The notes beneath the pieces were generated by a model. That model was not told the DNA's origin and made no database searches. It worked only from the letters and a program-made list of their open reading frames with translations. Below are positions 1 to 9,942 of a stretch of DNA of 64,000 nt, in pieces. A program made the position numbers and the translations under genes. The stretch covers positions 34,777 to 98,776 of the forward strand of contig DKCG01000032.1 in assembly GCA_002449145.1 (NCBI GenBank), given 5' to 3'. The stretch's first letter is position 1. Every line of letters starts with the position of its first letter. Origin of the DNA: Christensenella sp. UBA6880 (GTDB lineage Bacteria > Bacillota > Clostridia > Christensenellales > CAG-917).

Positions 1-4
1 TTCT

Positions 5-1897
5 ATGACAGACAAAAACACAAAAAACAAAGAGCCGAAACAAAAAAACGTTATCGACAGAAAGACCAAAATCGTACGTAGGACCAATATCGGCGGGCAA
101 GCCGTTCTCGAAGGCGTTATGATGAAGGGCGCGCGCTCTATTGCGACCGCCGTTCGCACGCCCGACGGCGATATTACCGTCGAAAGCAAGTACGTCAAGG
201 ACGCAAAACAACGCAACGCGTTCTTGCGTTTGCCGTTCGTAAGAGGCGTGGTCAATCTGTTCACTCAACTCTTTCAAGGTACGGGCATTATGATGCGCTC
301 TGCCGAAGTGTACGGCGATTACGCCGAGCCGTCCAAACTCGACAAATGGATGGCGGACAAACTCAAAATCAATCCGATGAACGTGCTTATGGGGTTCTCG
401 GTGGTTTTGGGCGTACTGCTCGCGGTGGGGCTTTTCGTGTTTTTGCCCAATTTTCTTGCCTCGCTCATATGCGACAACATAGCGGCAATCGCATCATCGT
501 CGCTCAAAAGTCTTTGGTACAGCCTCATCGAAGGCGGACTTATGCTTTTGATTTTCATATCCTACATTCTTCTCGTCACGCTTATGAAAGACGTGCGCAG
601 AGTGTTTATGTATCACGGCGCGGAACACAAGGTCATATCCTGCTATGAAAGAGGACTCGACCTCACCGTCGAAAACGCAAAGCATATGCCCAGAGAACAC
701 TCTCGTTGCGGAACGACGTTCTTGTTTTTCGTTATAGCGGTGAGCATAATGGTTTTCGTGCTCGTCAACTTTATGATTGAAAAGTGCGGCCTCGTCGTAT
801 CGAGCGACGTCGGCGGCGCAAAGGTGCTTAACGCGCTTATAAAACTCGGATTCAAACTGCTGTTCTTGCCGGTCGTTGCGGGCGTATCCTACGAACTTTT
901 GAAATTGCTTGCAAAGAGCGATTGCCTTTTGGTACGCATACTTCGCGCCCCGGGTATGGCACTTCAAAAACTTACAACCAAAGAGCCTACCGACGATATG
1001 CTCGAAGTGTCGCTCACAGCGTTCAAAACCGTGCTTGCTATGGACGAAAATACCAATCTGGAAGAAAGAAAATTCGATATAAAAGTGCCTTGCGGCGTTG
1101 CAAGAGCCAAACTTCAAAACATCGCAAAAGGCGCGGACGAAGCGGACATCGACTGGTTGCTCGTCGAGGTTACGGGCAAAAAGAGAAGCGAACTTCAATC
1201 TCTCAAAACCCTCGCCAAATCCGAGTTTGAAAACGCGCAAGCCATCGCAAAACGTATGTCGGACGGCACGCCGCTTCAATACGCGCTCGGTTATTGTGAG
1301 TTTTACGGAATAAAGATTGCCGTCAACAAAAACGTGCTTATCCCTCGTCCCGAAACCGAAGAACTCGTGGAAAAGGCGGTTGCGACGATAAAGGAAAAAC
1401 AGACGCAATGCGACGTTCTCGACTTGTGTACGGGAAGCGGCGCGATTGCGGTTGCGATTGCAAAGAATACTAACGCGAAAGTGAGCGCGTGCGATGTGAG
1501 CGTGGGCGCGATAGACGTTGCGCTTGCAAACTCGCTCAACACGGGCGTTCGAGTGGACTTTTCAAAGGGCGATATGTGGGGCGCGGTTGCAAACAAGACG
1601 TTTGACGTAATCGTGTCCAATCCGCCGTACATTCCGACGTCCGACGTTCAAAAACTCGATTCCAAAGTCAAGGACTTCGAGCCGCAACTCGCGCTTGACG
1701 GCGACAGCGACGGCTTGAAATTCTACCGCATAATCGCAAACAAACTCGACGAACATCTCAAAGAGAACGGCGTGCTTCTTTTGGAATTCGGCGCGGGACA
1801 GGCAGACGATATTAAGGCGATATTCGAGGGCTACGACGTCGAGATTGTCAAAGACATCGAAGGACTCGACCGTATCGCGGTGGTGAAAAGAAAATGA
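5..1897 (+). CDS. prmC: DUF1385-type membrane domain fused to release-factor glutamine N5-methyltransferase (PrmC/HemK)
   Basis: Single 630-aa frame. N-terminal half has DUF1385-like [14 protein letters not shown] and HGAEHK motifs plus several hydrophobic helices. C-terminal half has PrmC-like [12 protein letters not shown]-binding [10 protein letters not shown] and catalytic NPPY (VSNPPYIP). Stop overlaps the prfA start (ATGA 1894-1897). The ATG at 5 is 4 nt from the window edge, so the true start could lie upstream. Confidence 0.8.
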   Translation: MTDKNTKNKEPKQKNVIDRKTKIVRRTNIGGQAVLEGVMMKGARSIATAVRTPDGDITVESKYVKDAKQRNAFLRLPFVRGVVNLFTQLFQGTGIMMRSAEVYGDYAEPSKLDKWMADKLKINPMNVLMGFSVVLGVLLAVGLFVFLPNFLASLICDNIAAIASSSLKSLWYSLIEGGLMLLIFISYILLVTLMKDVRRVFMYHGAEHKVISCYERGLDLTVENAKHMPREHSRCGTTFLFFVIAVSIMVFVLVNFMIEKCGLVVSSDVGGAKVLNALIKLGFKLLFLPVVAGVSYELLKLLAKSDCLLVRILRAPGMALQKLTTKEPTDDMLEVSLTAFKTVLAMDENTNLEERKFDIKVPCGVARAKLQNIAKGADEADIDWLLVEVTGKKRSELQSLKTLAKSEFENAQAIAKRMSDGTPLQYALGYCEFYGIKIAVNKNVLIPRPETEELVEKAVATIKEKQTQCDVLDLCTGSGAIAVAIAKNTNAKVSACDVSVGAIDVALANSLNTGVRVDFSKGDMWGAVANKTFDVIVSNPPYIPTSDVQKLDSKVKDFEPQLALDGDSDGLKFYRIIANKLDEHLKENGVLLLEFGAGQADDIKAIFEGYDVEIVKDIEGLDRIAVVKRK

Positions 1898-2979
1898 AAA
1901 TATCCGACGGTATGCTTCAAAAATTAGGCAAAATCGAGGCTCGCTACGAAGAAGTGGGCAATCTTTTGTCTTTGCCGCAAAACATATCCGACCAAGAGAA
2001 ATTCAAGTCGCTTTCAAAGGAACATTCCGACCTCGCCCCGATTTGCGAGATTTACGGCGTATACAAAAAGCATAAGCAGGATTTCGAGGATTGCGAGAGT
2101 ATGGCGGCGGCGGAAACCGACCCGGATATGAAAGCGTTGCTTAAACAAGAACTCGACGATTTGCGCGAGGCTCTCGACAAGGACGCAAACGACCTCAAAA
2201 TATCCCTTTTGCCCAAAGACCCCGACGAGGACAACAACGTTATTATGGAAATACGCGCGGGCGCGGGCGGCGACGAGGCGGCTCTTTTCGGAACGGAACT
2301 TATGAAAATGTACCGCCATTACGCCGAAAACAATCGCTGGAAAGTCGAGGAAGTCAATATGAACTACACCGAACTCGGCGGCGCGAAAGAACTCGTGTTT
2401 ATGATAACGGGCAAGGGCGTATACGGCAAACTCAAATTCGAGAGCGGCGTGCATAGGGTGCAACGCGTTCCCGAAACCGAGTCGCAAGGCAGAGTGCATA
2501 CGTCAACCGTAACCGTTGCGGTGCTTCCCGAAGCGCAGAACGTAGAGGTCAATCTCAACGAAAACGACATAAAAGTGGACACTTATCGTTCGGGCGGTGC
2601 GGGCGGACAGCACGTCAACAAGACGGAAAGCGCAATCCGAATGACGCATATTCCCACGGGCATAGTGGTGGAGTGTCAAGACGAAAGAAGCCAGATTAAA
2701 AACAGAGAAAAGGCACTCAAAGTGCTCAAATCCCGCGTTTACGACTTCTATCGCTCGCAAGCGGAAAAGGAATACGCCGAAAATCGTCGCGCGCAAGTCG
2801 GCACGGGCGATAGAAGCGAGAGAATCCGCACCTACAATTTCCCGCAAGGCAGAGTCACCGACCACCGCATAGGACTTACCCTTTACAACATCGACAAGTT
2901 TATGCTCGGCGATCTTGACGAAATGATTTCCGCGCTTCAAATCGCGGTGCAGAATAAAATGCTCGAAAACATCGAGTGA
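1894..2979 (+). CDS. prfA: peptide chain release factor 1
   Basis: 361 aa with [15 protein letters not shown] region and universal GGQ motif ([14 protein letters not shown]). Start overlaps the stop of the upstream prmC fusion. Confidence 0.95.
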   Translation: MKISDGMLQKLGKIEARYEEVGNLLSLPQNISDQEKFKSLSKEHSDLAPICEIYGVYKKHKQDFEDCESMAAAETDPDMKALLKQELDDLREALDKDANDLKISLLPKDPDEDNNVIMEIRAGAGGDEAALFGTELMKMYRHYAENNRWKVEEVNMNYTELGGAKELVFMITGKGVYGKLKFESGVHRVQRVPETESQGRVHTSTVTVAVLPEAQNVEVNLNENDIKVDTYRSGGAGGQHVNKTESAIRMTHIPTGIVVECQDERSQIKNREKALKVLKSRVYDFYRSQAEKEYAENRRAQVGTGDRSERIRTYNFPQGRVTDHRIGLTLYNIDKFMLGDLDEMISALQIAVQNKMLENIE

Positions 2980-3047
2980 CGGAGGGTAAATTTTAACCGC
3001 AGATTTTCGCCGCATAGAAAAATGTGTGCGATTTTGAAAATTGCGGG

Positions 3048-3076
3048 TTGAAATCGGATAACTTTTTATATATAAT
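3048..3076 (+). promoter_or_regulatory. sigma-70-type promoter candidate
   Basis: TTGAAA - 17 nt - TATAAT, about 30 nt upstream of the 3108 start codon. Confidence 0.45.
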
Positions 3077-3107
3077 ATAGTCGAATATAAATATAAGCGG
3101 AGGGCTT

Positions 3108-3521
3108 ATGATAAAATTTATAACTGGTGCCAAAGGCACGGGCAAAACGAAAATCATCATCGATATGGCAAATGACAACGTTGAAACCGCAAAAGGCGAC
3201 ATCGTTTTCGTGACGGATACCGACAGATATATGTACTCTCTCAATTACAGAGTTCGTATGGTCAACGCCAAACAACTCAAAAGAGGGGACGCACCCGTAA
3301 GCGAAGAAGCGCTCATCGGCTTCCTCAAAGGCTTGCTTGCAGGCAATCACGACATCGAAACGCTCTACATCGACGGCGCGCACAGAATGCTCGGCAAAAC
3401 CGTTTTCGAGATGAAAGACTTTTTTGACGACCTCAGAGAGATTGCAAAGAACACCGACACCAAATTTGTGGTTACGGTGAGCGAAAACGAGGAAAATTTC
3501 CCTGATTTCATTCGCGCGTAA
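3108..3521 (+). CDS. small P-loop NTPase, family not recognised
   Basis: 137 aa with N-terminal Walker A GAKGTGKT and a possible Walker B (ETLYIDGA). GGAGGG just upstream of the ATG. No family motif recognised beyond the P-loop. Confidence 0.6.
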   Translation: MIKFITGAKGTGKTKIIIDMANDNVETAKGDIVFVTDTDRYMYSLNYRVRMVNAKQLKRGDAPVSEEALIGFLKGLLAGNHDIETLYIDGAHRMLGKTVFEMKDFFDDLREIAKNTDTKFVVTVSENEENFPDFIRA

Positions 3522-3543
3522 GGCAGCGCACAATCAAAAAAAG

Positions 3544-5028
3544 ATGAAGTACACTTGCACCAGAAACTCAAAAATCGAGATTTCGGCAAGCGAGGCTATC
3601 GTAAAAGGCATTTCGGATGACGGCGGACTTTTCGTTCCGTCGTCATTCCCGATTTTAAGTCTTGCAGACATCGAAAATCTCATTCCGCTCGACTATCCCG
3701 AACGCGCGGCAAAAATCTTGTCTATGTATATGGACGAGTTTTCTTTCGAGGAACTTTTGGGATATGCCAAACGCGCCTACAACCGCTTCGACGACGACGC
3801 GGTATGTCCTCTCGTCAAGGTCGAGGACGGACTCTATATGCTCGAACTTTGGCACGGACCGACTTGCGCTTTTAAGGATATTGCGCTCACGATTTTGCCG
3901 TATCTTCTCACTGCGAGCAAGAAAAAACTCGGCATAAACGAGCAAACTCTCGTGCTCACCGCAACGAGCGGCGACACGGGAAAAGCCGCGCTCGAAGGCT
4001 TTAAGGACGTAGACGGCACGCATGTCGTCGTGTTTTATCCCGTTAGCGGCGTGAGCGAAATGCAACGCTTGCAAATGGTCACGCAAGAGGGCGGCAACGT
4101 CCACGTTTTCGGCATAAAAGGCAACTTTGACGACGCGCAAGCGGCGGTGAAACGACTTTTCAACGACAAGGAAACAATAGACGCGCTCAAGGCAAAAGGC
4201 ATTGCGATGTCTTCTGCAAATTCCATAAACTGGGGCAGACTCGCGCCTCAAATCGCCTACTATATATCCGCATACTGCGACCTCGTGGACAGCGGCGAAA
4301 TAGAACTCGGCGACAAGATAAACTTTGCCGTTCCGACGGGCAACTTTGGCGACGTGCTTGCGGGATATTACGCCTATCGTATGGGCTTGCCCGTTGAAAA
4401 GTTTATCGTCGCGTCCAACGCAAACAACGCGCTCACCGACTTTTTCAACGACGGCGTATACGATATAAATCGCGTGTTTTACAAAACGATGTCGCCGTCA
4501 ATGGACATTCTTGTGTCGAGCAATCTCGAAAGACTTATATACGAGATTTACGACCGCGACGACGAAAAAGTGCGCGAACTTTACGACAGCCTCAAAAAGA
4601 CGGGCAGATTCGAGATAGACTTCGACGAAGTGAATCTCGACAATTTCGTCGCGGGTTGGGCGGATGAGGAAGATACGAAAAACGCGATTTCCACTTTCTT
4701 TGACCTCGACGATTACATTATGGACACCCACACGGCGGTTGCGGCAAGCGTATACAACGACTATTCTTGCGAAACCGACGACGAAACCCCGACCGTCGTT
4801 TTGTCTACGGCAAATCCGTACAAATTCCCGATAGACGTGCTCGGCGCAATCGGTTCGAGGGAAAAGGACTCGTACAAAGCGGTCGTCAAACTTTACAATC
4901 TCACCGCACTCGAATGTCCCGATTGCATACTCGAACTCGAAGTCGCAAAAGAGATTCACACCAAGGTCATCGACAGAACGGAAGTCAAGAAAACCGTTCT
5001 CGAAGTGGCGGACGAAATCACCGCATAA
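3544..5028 (+). CDS. thrC: threonine synthase (long form)
   Basis: 494 aa with PLP-lysine context CAFKDIALT, TSGDTGKAA and NSINWGRL, typical of ThrC. Confidence 0.9.
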   Translation: MKYTCTRNSKIEISASEAIVKGISDDGGLFVPSSFPILSLADIENLIPLDYPERAAKILSMYMDEFSFEELLGYAKRAYNRFDDDAVCPLVKVEDGLYMLELWHGPTCAFKDIALTILPYLLTASKKKLGINEQTLVLTATSGDTGKAALEGFKDVDGTHVVVFYPVSGVSEMQRLQMVTQEGGNVHVFGIKGNFDDAQAAVKRLFNDKETIDALKAKGIAMSSANSINWGRLAPQIAYYISAYCDLVDSGEIELGDKINFAVPTGNFGDVLAGYYAYRMGLPVEKFIVASNANNALTDFFNDGVYDINRVFYKTMSPSMDILVSSNLERLIYEIYDRDDEKVRELYDSLKKTGRFEIDFDEVNLDNFVAGWADEEDTKNAISTFFDLDDYIMDTHTAVAASVYNDYSCETDDETPTVVLSTANPYKFPIDVLGAIGSREKDSYKAVVKLYNLTALECPDCILELEVAKEIHTKVIDRTEVKKTVLEVADEITA

Positions 5029-5223
5029 ATCCGTCCGATACGGTTAAAATTCATAAAATCAAGCGTAAGAACACGGCAAAAGTGCAGTAAAGTTAGCGGC
5101 AAACGAGCGAAAAATGCGTAAGACTGCCGCAAAAATTCCGACAATCCGCACAATATAACTCGGCGGCGAGTTTTAAGGATTGTTTAAGACAAAAAGTATA
5201 TTATTATACAAAGAGGCAACAAA

Positions 5224-6084
5224 ATGTTCGGATACGTTATTCCCGATAAGCTCAATATGTATATCAAGGATTTCAACGTGTTTCAATCCTTTTATTGCGG
5301 ACTTTGCAAAACGCTCGGCGAAACGGGTGCGGAATTTACAAGGCTTTGCACCAACTACGACGTGACTTTTTACAACGTGCTTTTACATTCACTCACAAAC
5401 ACGCCCGTGACTTTCGAGCGTAAGTTGTGCGCCTACAACGGCAAGAAAAAGGTGGTCGTCAAGACCGACGAACTTTCAAAAAAGATTGCCGATATAGCCG
5501 TTATGCTCGTATACTACAACCTCGAAGACGACGTATACGACGGCAAAAAATCGCGCGCGATACTCAAAGATATGCTCGCGCCGCGCAAGAAAAAAGCGGC
5601 GAAAAGGCTTGAAAAAATCGACGAAATTATGCAAAAAAGTTTTTTGGATTTGAGGAAACTCGAAAAGGAAAACTGCGACAGTATAGACCGAGTTGCCGAC
5701 ACTTTCGCAACGCTTATGCGCGATATGACGAGACTATTGATAAAGACCGACGACAATATCGACACGTTTTGCTACAATCTCGGCAGGCTCATATATTTGC
5801 TCGACGCCGTCGACGACGTTGAAAAAGACAGCAAGTCCGGCGAATATAATCCGCTCGTGCTGAATTACGGCAAATGTACACAAAAGCAAGATTATCTTGC
5901 AAAAAACGCAGATGAACTCTCGTTTTTGCTCAATTCGACCTACAACAAAATGGTCGGCTCATACAACGCTATGGACATAAAAATGTACGAGGGCGTGTTG
6001 AGCAACACGATATATCTCGGAATAAAGATGCAATTAGAGCGACTGCTCAAAGGAGAAGATAAATGCCGAATGACCCGTTTGTGA
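5224..6084 (+). CDS. DUF5685-like protein
   Basis: 286 aa. N-terminus MFGYVIPDKLNMYIKDFNVFQSFYCGLCKTLG matches my recollection of the DUF5685 family start. Overlaps the next gene by 22 nt. Confidence 0.65.
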   Translation: MFGYVIPDKLNMYIKDFNVFQSFYCGLCKTLGETGAEFTRLCTNYDVTFYNVLLHSLTNTPVTFERKLCAYNGKKKVVVKTDELSKKIADIAVMLVYYNLEDDVYDGKKSRAILKDMLAPRKKKAAKRLEKIDEIMQKSFLDLRKLEKENCDSIDRVADTFATLMRDMTRLLIKTDDNIDTFCYNLGRLIYLLDAVDDVEKDSKSGEYNPLVLNYGKCTQKQDYLAKNADELSFLLNSTYNKMVGSYNAMDIKMYEGVLSNTIYLGIKMQLERLLKGEDKCRMTRL

Positions 6085-6704
6085 TTCTTGGCGTAAGCAA
6101 GGACGCATCTCAAAGCGAAATTCTCGAAGCGTACAAACAAAAGCGCGCTTATTATCAAGAGCGTGTTTTCGACGAGGGCGACGAGGGCGCGCAAGCGGCG
6201 CGTATGCTCACACAACTCGACGACGCATATCAGCAAGCAATGGAACTTTCTCACGAGTCTGCAACCGTCACGGGTGACGGCGATTCGTCGTTTGAAATCG
6301 TGCGCAATGCAATCCGCAACAAGGACGTCGAAGGCGCGCAACGCGCTCTTGACGAAATATCCTATCGCGGCGCGGAATGGCACTACTATCAGTCCATCGT
6401 CTTTTACGAGAAAAACTGGCTCAACGACAGCAAAAAGCAACTCGAAATGGCAATCGAAATGGACCCGTCCAACGACAAATACACTCGCGCCTTGAACAAC
6501 CTCAAAAAGAAAATCGACGGCTCTCGCCCCTACGACAAGCAAGGCTCGCAAGGCGTTTACGGCAATTCCGACCAAGCGTCCAACCGAACCTATTCCCAAC
6601 GCGATTCCGACGTTGCCGACGGACTTTGCTCTGCCTGTCAAGCGCTTTGGTGTGCGGATTGTTGTTGTGAGTGTATGGGTGGCGACCTCATCCGTTGCTG
6701 CTAA
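6063..6704 (+). CDS. J-domain-like (no HPD) TPR-like protein with Cys-rich C-terminal tail
   Basis: 213 aa. DPFVILGVSKDASQSEILEAYKQKRAYY resembles J-domain helices I-II, but the HPD tripeptide is absent. A TPR-like middle follows. The last 25 residues contain 9 Cys (CSACQALWCADCCCECMGGDLIRCC). Confidence 0.65.
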   Translation: MPNDPFVILGVSKDASQSEILEAYKQKRAYYQERVFDEGDEGAQAARMLTQLDDAYQQAMELSHESATVTGDGDSSFEIVRNAIRNKDVEGAQRALDEISYRGAEWHYYQSIVFYEKNWLNDSKKQLEMAIEMDPSNDKYTRALNNLKKKIDGSRPYDKQGSQGVYGNSDQASNRTYSQRDSDVADGLCSACQALWCADCCCECMGGDLIRCC

Positions 6705-7245
6705 AATTTGTTATTTGGCGTGATACTGCGTCAGCGCACCTCGCCCGTCAATTCACGTACGACTCAGTACGTTAGGATTGCTGTTCGAGGCGTGCGCTTC
6801 CTTGTCTGACGCTCAAATAACGAATTTTACAAGAAAACACGCTATTGAGCGAACAACTGTGTCAGATGCGATTTTTTCACAAGTCACGTACGGCTAAGTA
6901 CGCTCGTTGTTCAAAAATCGCGTCTTCCTTGTTTTTCATCTCAATATCGCGTTTTACAATAAAACGTGCTATTGAGCGAATAACTGTGACAAACGGTCGC
7001 TGTGGCAATGGCAACAGACAAACTTGTCTATCGCCAAGAGCCACGCTTGTTTGTCACTCTACTAACCGCGCAAGCCCTCTTTACTCTCAAAATGAGACGG
7101 ACAAAAAACTCAAACCGCAATTACGTGCGAGTGCTTGCTTGGTGATGGCGTGCTTCGCACGCAAGCGGCTAAACGAAAAAGATTTTACAATAAAGTGTGT
7201 TTCTTGCCTAACTCGCAAATAACGCACTTTACAAGCACAATATAT
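6705..7245. repeat. array of nested-hairpin intergenic repeats
   Basis: Recurrent blocks: TTTTACAA (6825, 6952, 7183), GCTATTGAGCGAAYAACTGTG (6841, 6968), inner stem-loops ACGTAC-N6-GTACG (6755-6772, 6886-6903), and long outer stems with different but self-complementary sequences. Confidence 0.6.
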
Positions 7246-7310
7246 AATCATAAAATACCATTTATGCGTGCTATGCACGCAGCGGAATATTTGAATATTC
7301 CACATCATAT

Positions 7311-8063
7311 ATGAAACGCAATCGCAAGAAAATTTCACGACAAGAGGCGGTCTACCGCGTGGCTCTCGCCGGCATCAGCGCGGCGGTGGCTTTGCTGATG
7401 GTTTGGCTCGGCGTCGTCGTAAGATTCAGCACGGTTGCTTTTTTTATTGGCGCAGCAGTCGCGCTTATGGTCCCTCTTTCGCAAAAATACTACCTTTCGT
7501 CGGTGCTTGCGTACGTCGTGTCCGCAGGGTTGTCGTTTTTGGTTGCGGGCGACGTATTCTCGGTTATGGGTTACGTCGTGTATTTCGGACCTATGGCAAT
7601 CATTTCGGGCGTTATGCTCAATCATAAGGACAAAATCAAGTGGTGGGTTCAACTCATCGTCAAAATCGTTTATATCAACGGCGCACTCGCGCTTTTGTAC
7701 TTCGTGTGTCACAACATCGTGCTCGATTCGTCGATAGTCGACAAGGTGCAATACTGGATGATTGCTTTGTTCGGCACGGCGATTTTGGTTGCAATCGACT
7801 ATGCGTTGCAGTTTATTTACAAGCGTATCGCAATACTCGTCGGCAAAGCGTTGCGCAAAAACGAACGTCATCGCAAACCCGAATCTAATACGACAGATTC
7901 CGACGATTTCGACGAAGAAACACATCCCGACGGCGATTCGCCTTTCGACGAGTTTTCGGACGATTATTCGCGCGATAATAACGAGAATAACGACGAAAAT
8001 GGCAATAAAGGCGATAAAAACGGCGATTGTGATAACGAAAACGGCGGTGCAAACGACAAATAA
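7311..8063 (+). CDS. polytopic membrane protein with acidic Asp/Asn-rich C-terminal tail
   Basis: 250 aa with about 5-6 hydrophobic segments, then DSDDFDEETHPDGDSPFDEFSDDYSRDNNENNDENGNKGD. No family recognised. Confidence 0.6.
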   Translation: MKRNRKKISRQEAVYRVALAGISAAVALLMVWLGVVVRFSTVAFFIGAAVALMVPLSQKYYLSSVLAYVVSAGLSFLVAGDVFSVMGYVVYFGPMAIISGVMLNHKDKIKWWVQLIVKIVYINGALALLYFVCHNIVLDSSIVDKVQYWMIALFGTAILVAIDYALQFIYKRIAILVGKALRKNERHRKPESNTTDSDDFDEETHPDGDSPFDEFSDDYSRDNNENNDENGNKGDKNGDCDNENGGANDK

Positions 8064-8094
8064 AACAATGATATAAAAGGCTACTAAAACAAAG

Positions 8095-8121
8095 AAAAAG
8101 CGGACAAAATCCGCTTTTTTT
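8095..8121. terminator. bidirectional rho-independent terminator
   Basis: A-tract, stem GCGGA / TCCGC (8100-8114), then a T7 tract. Lies between convergent genes. Confidence 0.6.
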
Positions 8122-8238
8122 GTACGTTTTTTGCGCTTTTAGTGACTAAATTTATGCTTCTTAATTGTCCGAACTGGCGATTTCTTTATTGACTTTATAA
8201 TTTGCAATTTTTAATGATTTTACCGTTATACGAGATTA

Positions 8239-8571
8239 TTACAAGTCGAGAAAATCCACGCCGGCAAGAAGCACGTTTTCGATTTTTCTGTTTTTGAGCG
8301 AGTAATATATGATTTTTCCGTCGCGGCGTTGAGTTACGATGTCCGCCGCGCGCAAAAGTCGAAGTTGGTGCGAACAAGTGGTTTGATTTATGCCGAGTAT
8401 TCTCGACAAATCGCTTACGCACATTTCGCTTATGCAAAGCGCGCATATGATTTTGTTCCGCGTAGCGTCCGAACAAGCGGAAAAAAATTCTGCAAGCGAA
8501 TGAAGCGTTGCGTTGCGAGGTATGTAGTCGAGGACGGTTTGTTCGTCGATGTAGTCGATTTTCGTTTCCAT
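8239..8571 (-). CDS. ArsR/SmtB family transcriptional regulator
   Basis: 110 aa with winged-HTH signature ATRNKIICALCISEMCVSDLSRILGINQTTCSHQLRLLRAADIV. Confidence 0.85.
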   Translation of the reverse strand: METKIDYIDEQTVLDYIPRNATLHSLAEFFSACSDATRNKIICALCISEMCVSDLSRILGINQTTCSHQLRLLRAADIVTQRRDGKIIYYSLKNRKIENVLLAGVDFLDL

Positions 8572-8662
8572 ACGTAGATTTTAGCGCATATATGAAGACG
8601 AAGTTTTTGTAACTTTGGCGCATTTTGCGACATATTGTGGTAAAAAGTCAAAGAGGTCGAGT

Positions 8663-8851
8663 ATGTTTGAGGACAACTGGTATTTGTTTTTGCTCATCGT
8701 GATGATAGTTTTTATATCGGACGGCGATTTTTCGAGGCGTGAAACGGCGGTTATGATTGGTATACTTGCCGCACTCGCGTTCACGAATAACACAGATACC
8801 GACACCACGACGAGCACGAACAACTGTTTTTGCAACAAGACGCTAAATTGA
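8663..8851 (+). CDS. small hydrophobic protein (tentative)
   Basis: 62 aa from an internal ATG preceded by GAGG. Two hydrophobic segments and a Thr-rich end with CFC. Divergent from the ArsR gene. No homology recognised. Confidence 0.25.
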   Translation: MFEDNWYLFLLIVMIVFISDGDFSRRETAVMIGILAALAFTNNTDTDTTTSTNNCFCNKTLN

Positions 8852-8863
8852 TTGAGTTTTGCC

Positions 8864-8892
8864 ATTGATTTTGCCTTAGGATAAAGGTATAA
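8864..8892 (+). promoter_or_regulatory. sigma-70-type promoter candidate
   Basis: TTGATT - 17 nt - TATAAT, 19 nt upstream of the 8911 ATG. Confidence 0.5.
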
Positions 8893-8910
8893 TATCCGTG
8901 AGGTGAACTT

Positions 8911-9942
8911 ATGAAAAAGAAAGGCAAAATCGCATTGATTGCGGTGCTATGCGTGGTGTTTTGCATAGGCGTGGTCGCAGGCTCTATGGCGGGCTTGGCG
9001 AGCAAGGCAATCGACAAGCAGAATCCCGACGAGTTTTTGAGCAAGTGGATGAGTTATATCCGCGACGACGCTCTTTTGTCAAACGTCGTTATTGCAGGCT
9101 CGCACGACTCGGGTACGCAAGATATGATGTGGGCGGCAAAAACGCAGGATAAAACCATAAAAGAACAAATGACTTGCGGCGCAAGGTATTTCGACATACG
9201 AGTTCAACTCAAGGACAACTCGATGGTCATCTTTCACGGTCCTATTTCGGGCGAAGCGTTCGAGCCTATCGTCGATGATATAAGAGAGTTTTTGCAATCA
9301 AATCCGAGCGAAACGCTCATTCTCGATTTTCAGCATTTCAAAGGCGGCGATGCGGTTATGAACTGCGTTGACGGCGTGCTTTGCGCAAAACTTGCGGGAC
9401 TTATGGTTGAAAACGAAACCGAGCAATCCGACCTCGATTTCGTAAAATCGTTGACGCTCGGCGACGTACGAGGCAAGGCTATCGTGTTTTGGGGCAACGA
9501 GTTCGGTAATAACGAAAATTCCGTGACGGACAAGAATTATCTGTTCCAAAGAAACAACGATTCGGGAACGAGAAGCGGCAGTTCGCTTCAATCCTTCTAC
9601 GACGGCTCGCTCAACAAAAAGTCGTCAAAGACGTATCTCGAAAAGGCAATCCCGACTTACGTGGAAAAGTACAGACAAAGCGAGGGCGGACTGTTCGTTA
9701 TGCAAATGCAACTCACCGACCCGATTGCGATAATCGGTCCGAAGTTCTACGAGGGAACGCACGATAAGAACGCAACGAGTTTCATTTCGACGCTCGAAGG
9801 CAAAGATTATTTCGATTGCGTAAACATAATTATGCGCGATTTTGTCGGCGCGAGAAAATGCAAGCAAATAATTTCGCTCAATATCGCCAAAGGCACGCTC
9901 AAAAACGGCGTGGAAAACGACTTTGCGACAATGTGCGCATAA
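8911..9942 (+). CDS. secreted or membrane-anchored PI-PLC X-domain phosphodiesterase
   Basis: 343 aa with N-terminal signal/anchor. Catalytic-type motifs AGSHDSGT, RYFDIRV and VIFHGP match bacterial PI-specific phospholipase C X domains. Confidence 0.75.
   Translation: MKKKGKIALIAVLCVVFCIGVVAGSMAGLASKAIDKQNPDEFLSKWMSYIRDDALLSNVVIAGSHDSGTQDMMWAAKTQDKTIKEQMTCGARYFDIRVQLKDNSMVIFHGPISGEAFEPIVDDIREFLQSNPSETLILDFQHFKGGDAVMNCVDGVLCAKLAGLMVENETEQSDLDFVKSLTLGDVRGKAIVFWGNEFGNNENSVTDKNYLFQRNNDSGTRSGSSLQSFYDGSLNKKSSKTYLEKAIPTYVEKYRQSEGGLFVMQMQLTDPIAIIGPKFYEGTHDKNATSFISTLEGKDYFDCVNIIMRDFVGARKCKQIISLNIAKGTLKNGVENDFATMCA

Noticed and set aside
6845-7222. 125-aa ORF in the 6.7-7.3 kb intergenic region
   Set aside because: It reads straight through the hairpin repeat units. 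The product is Cys/Arg-rich, with no RBS and no motif.
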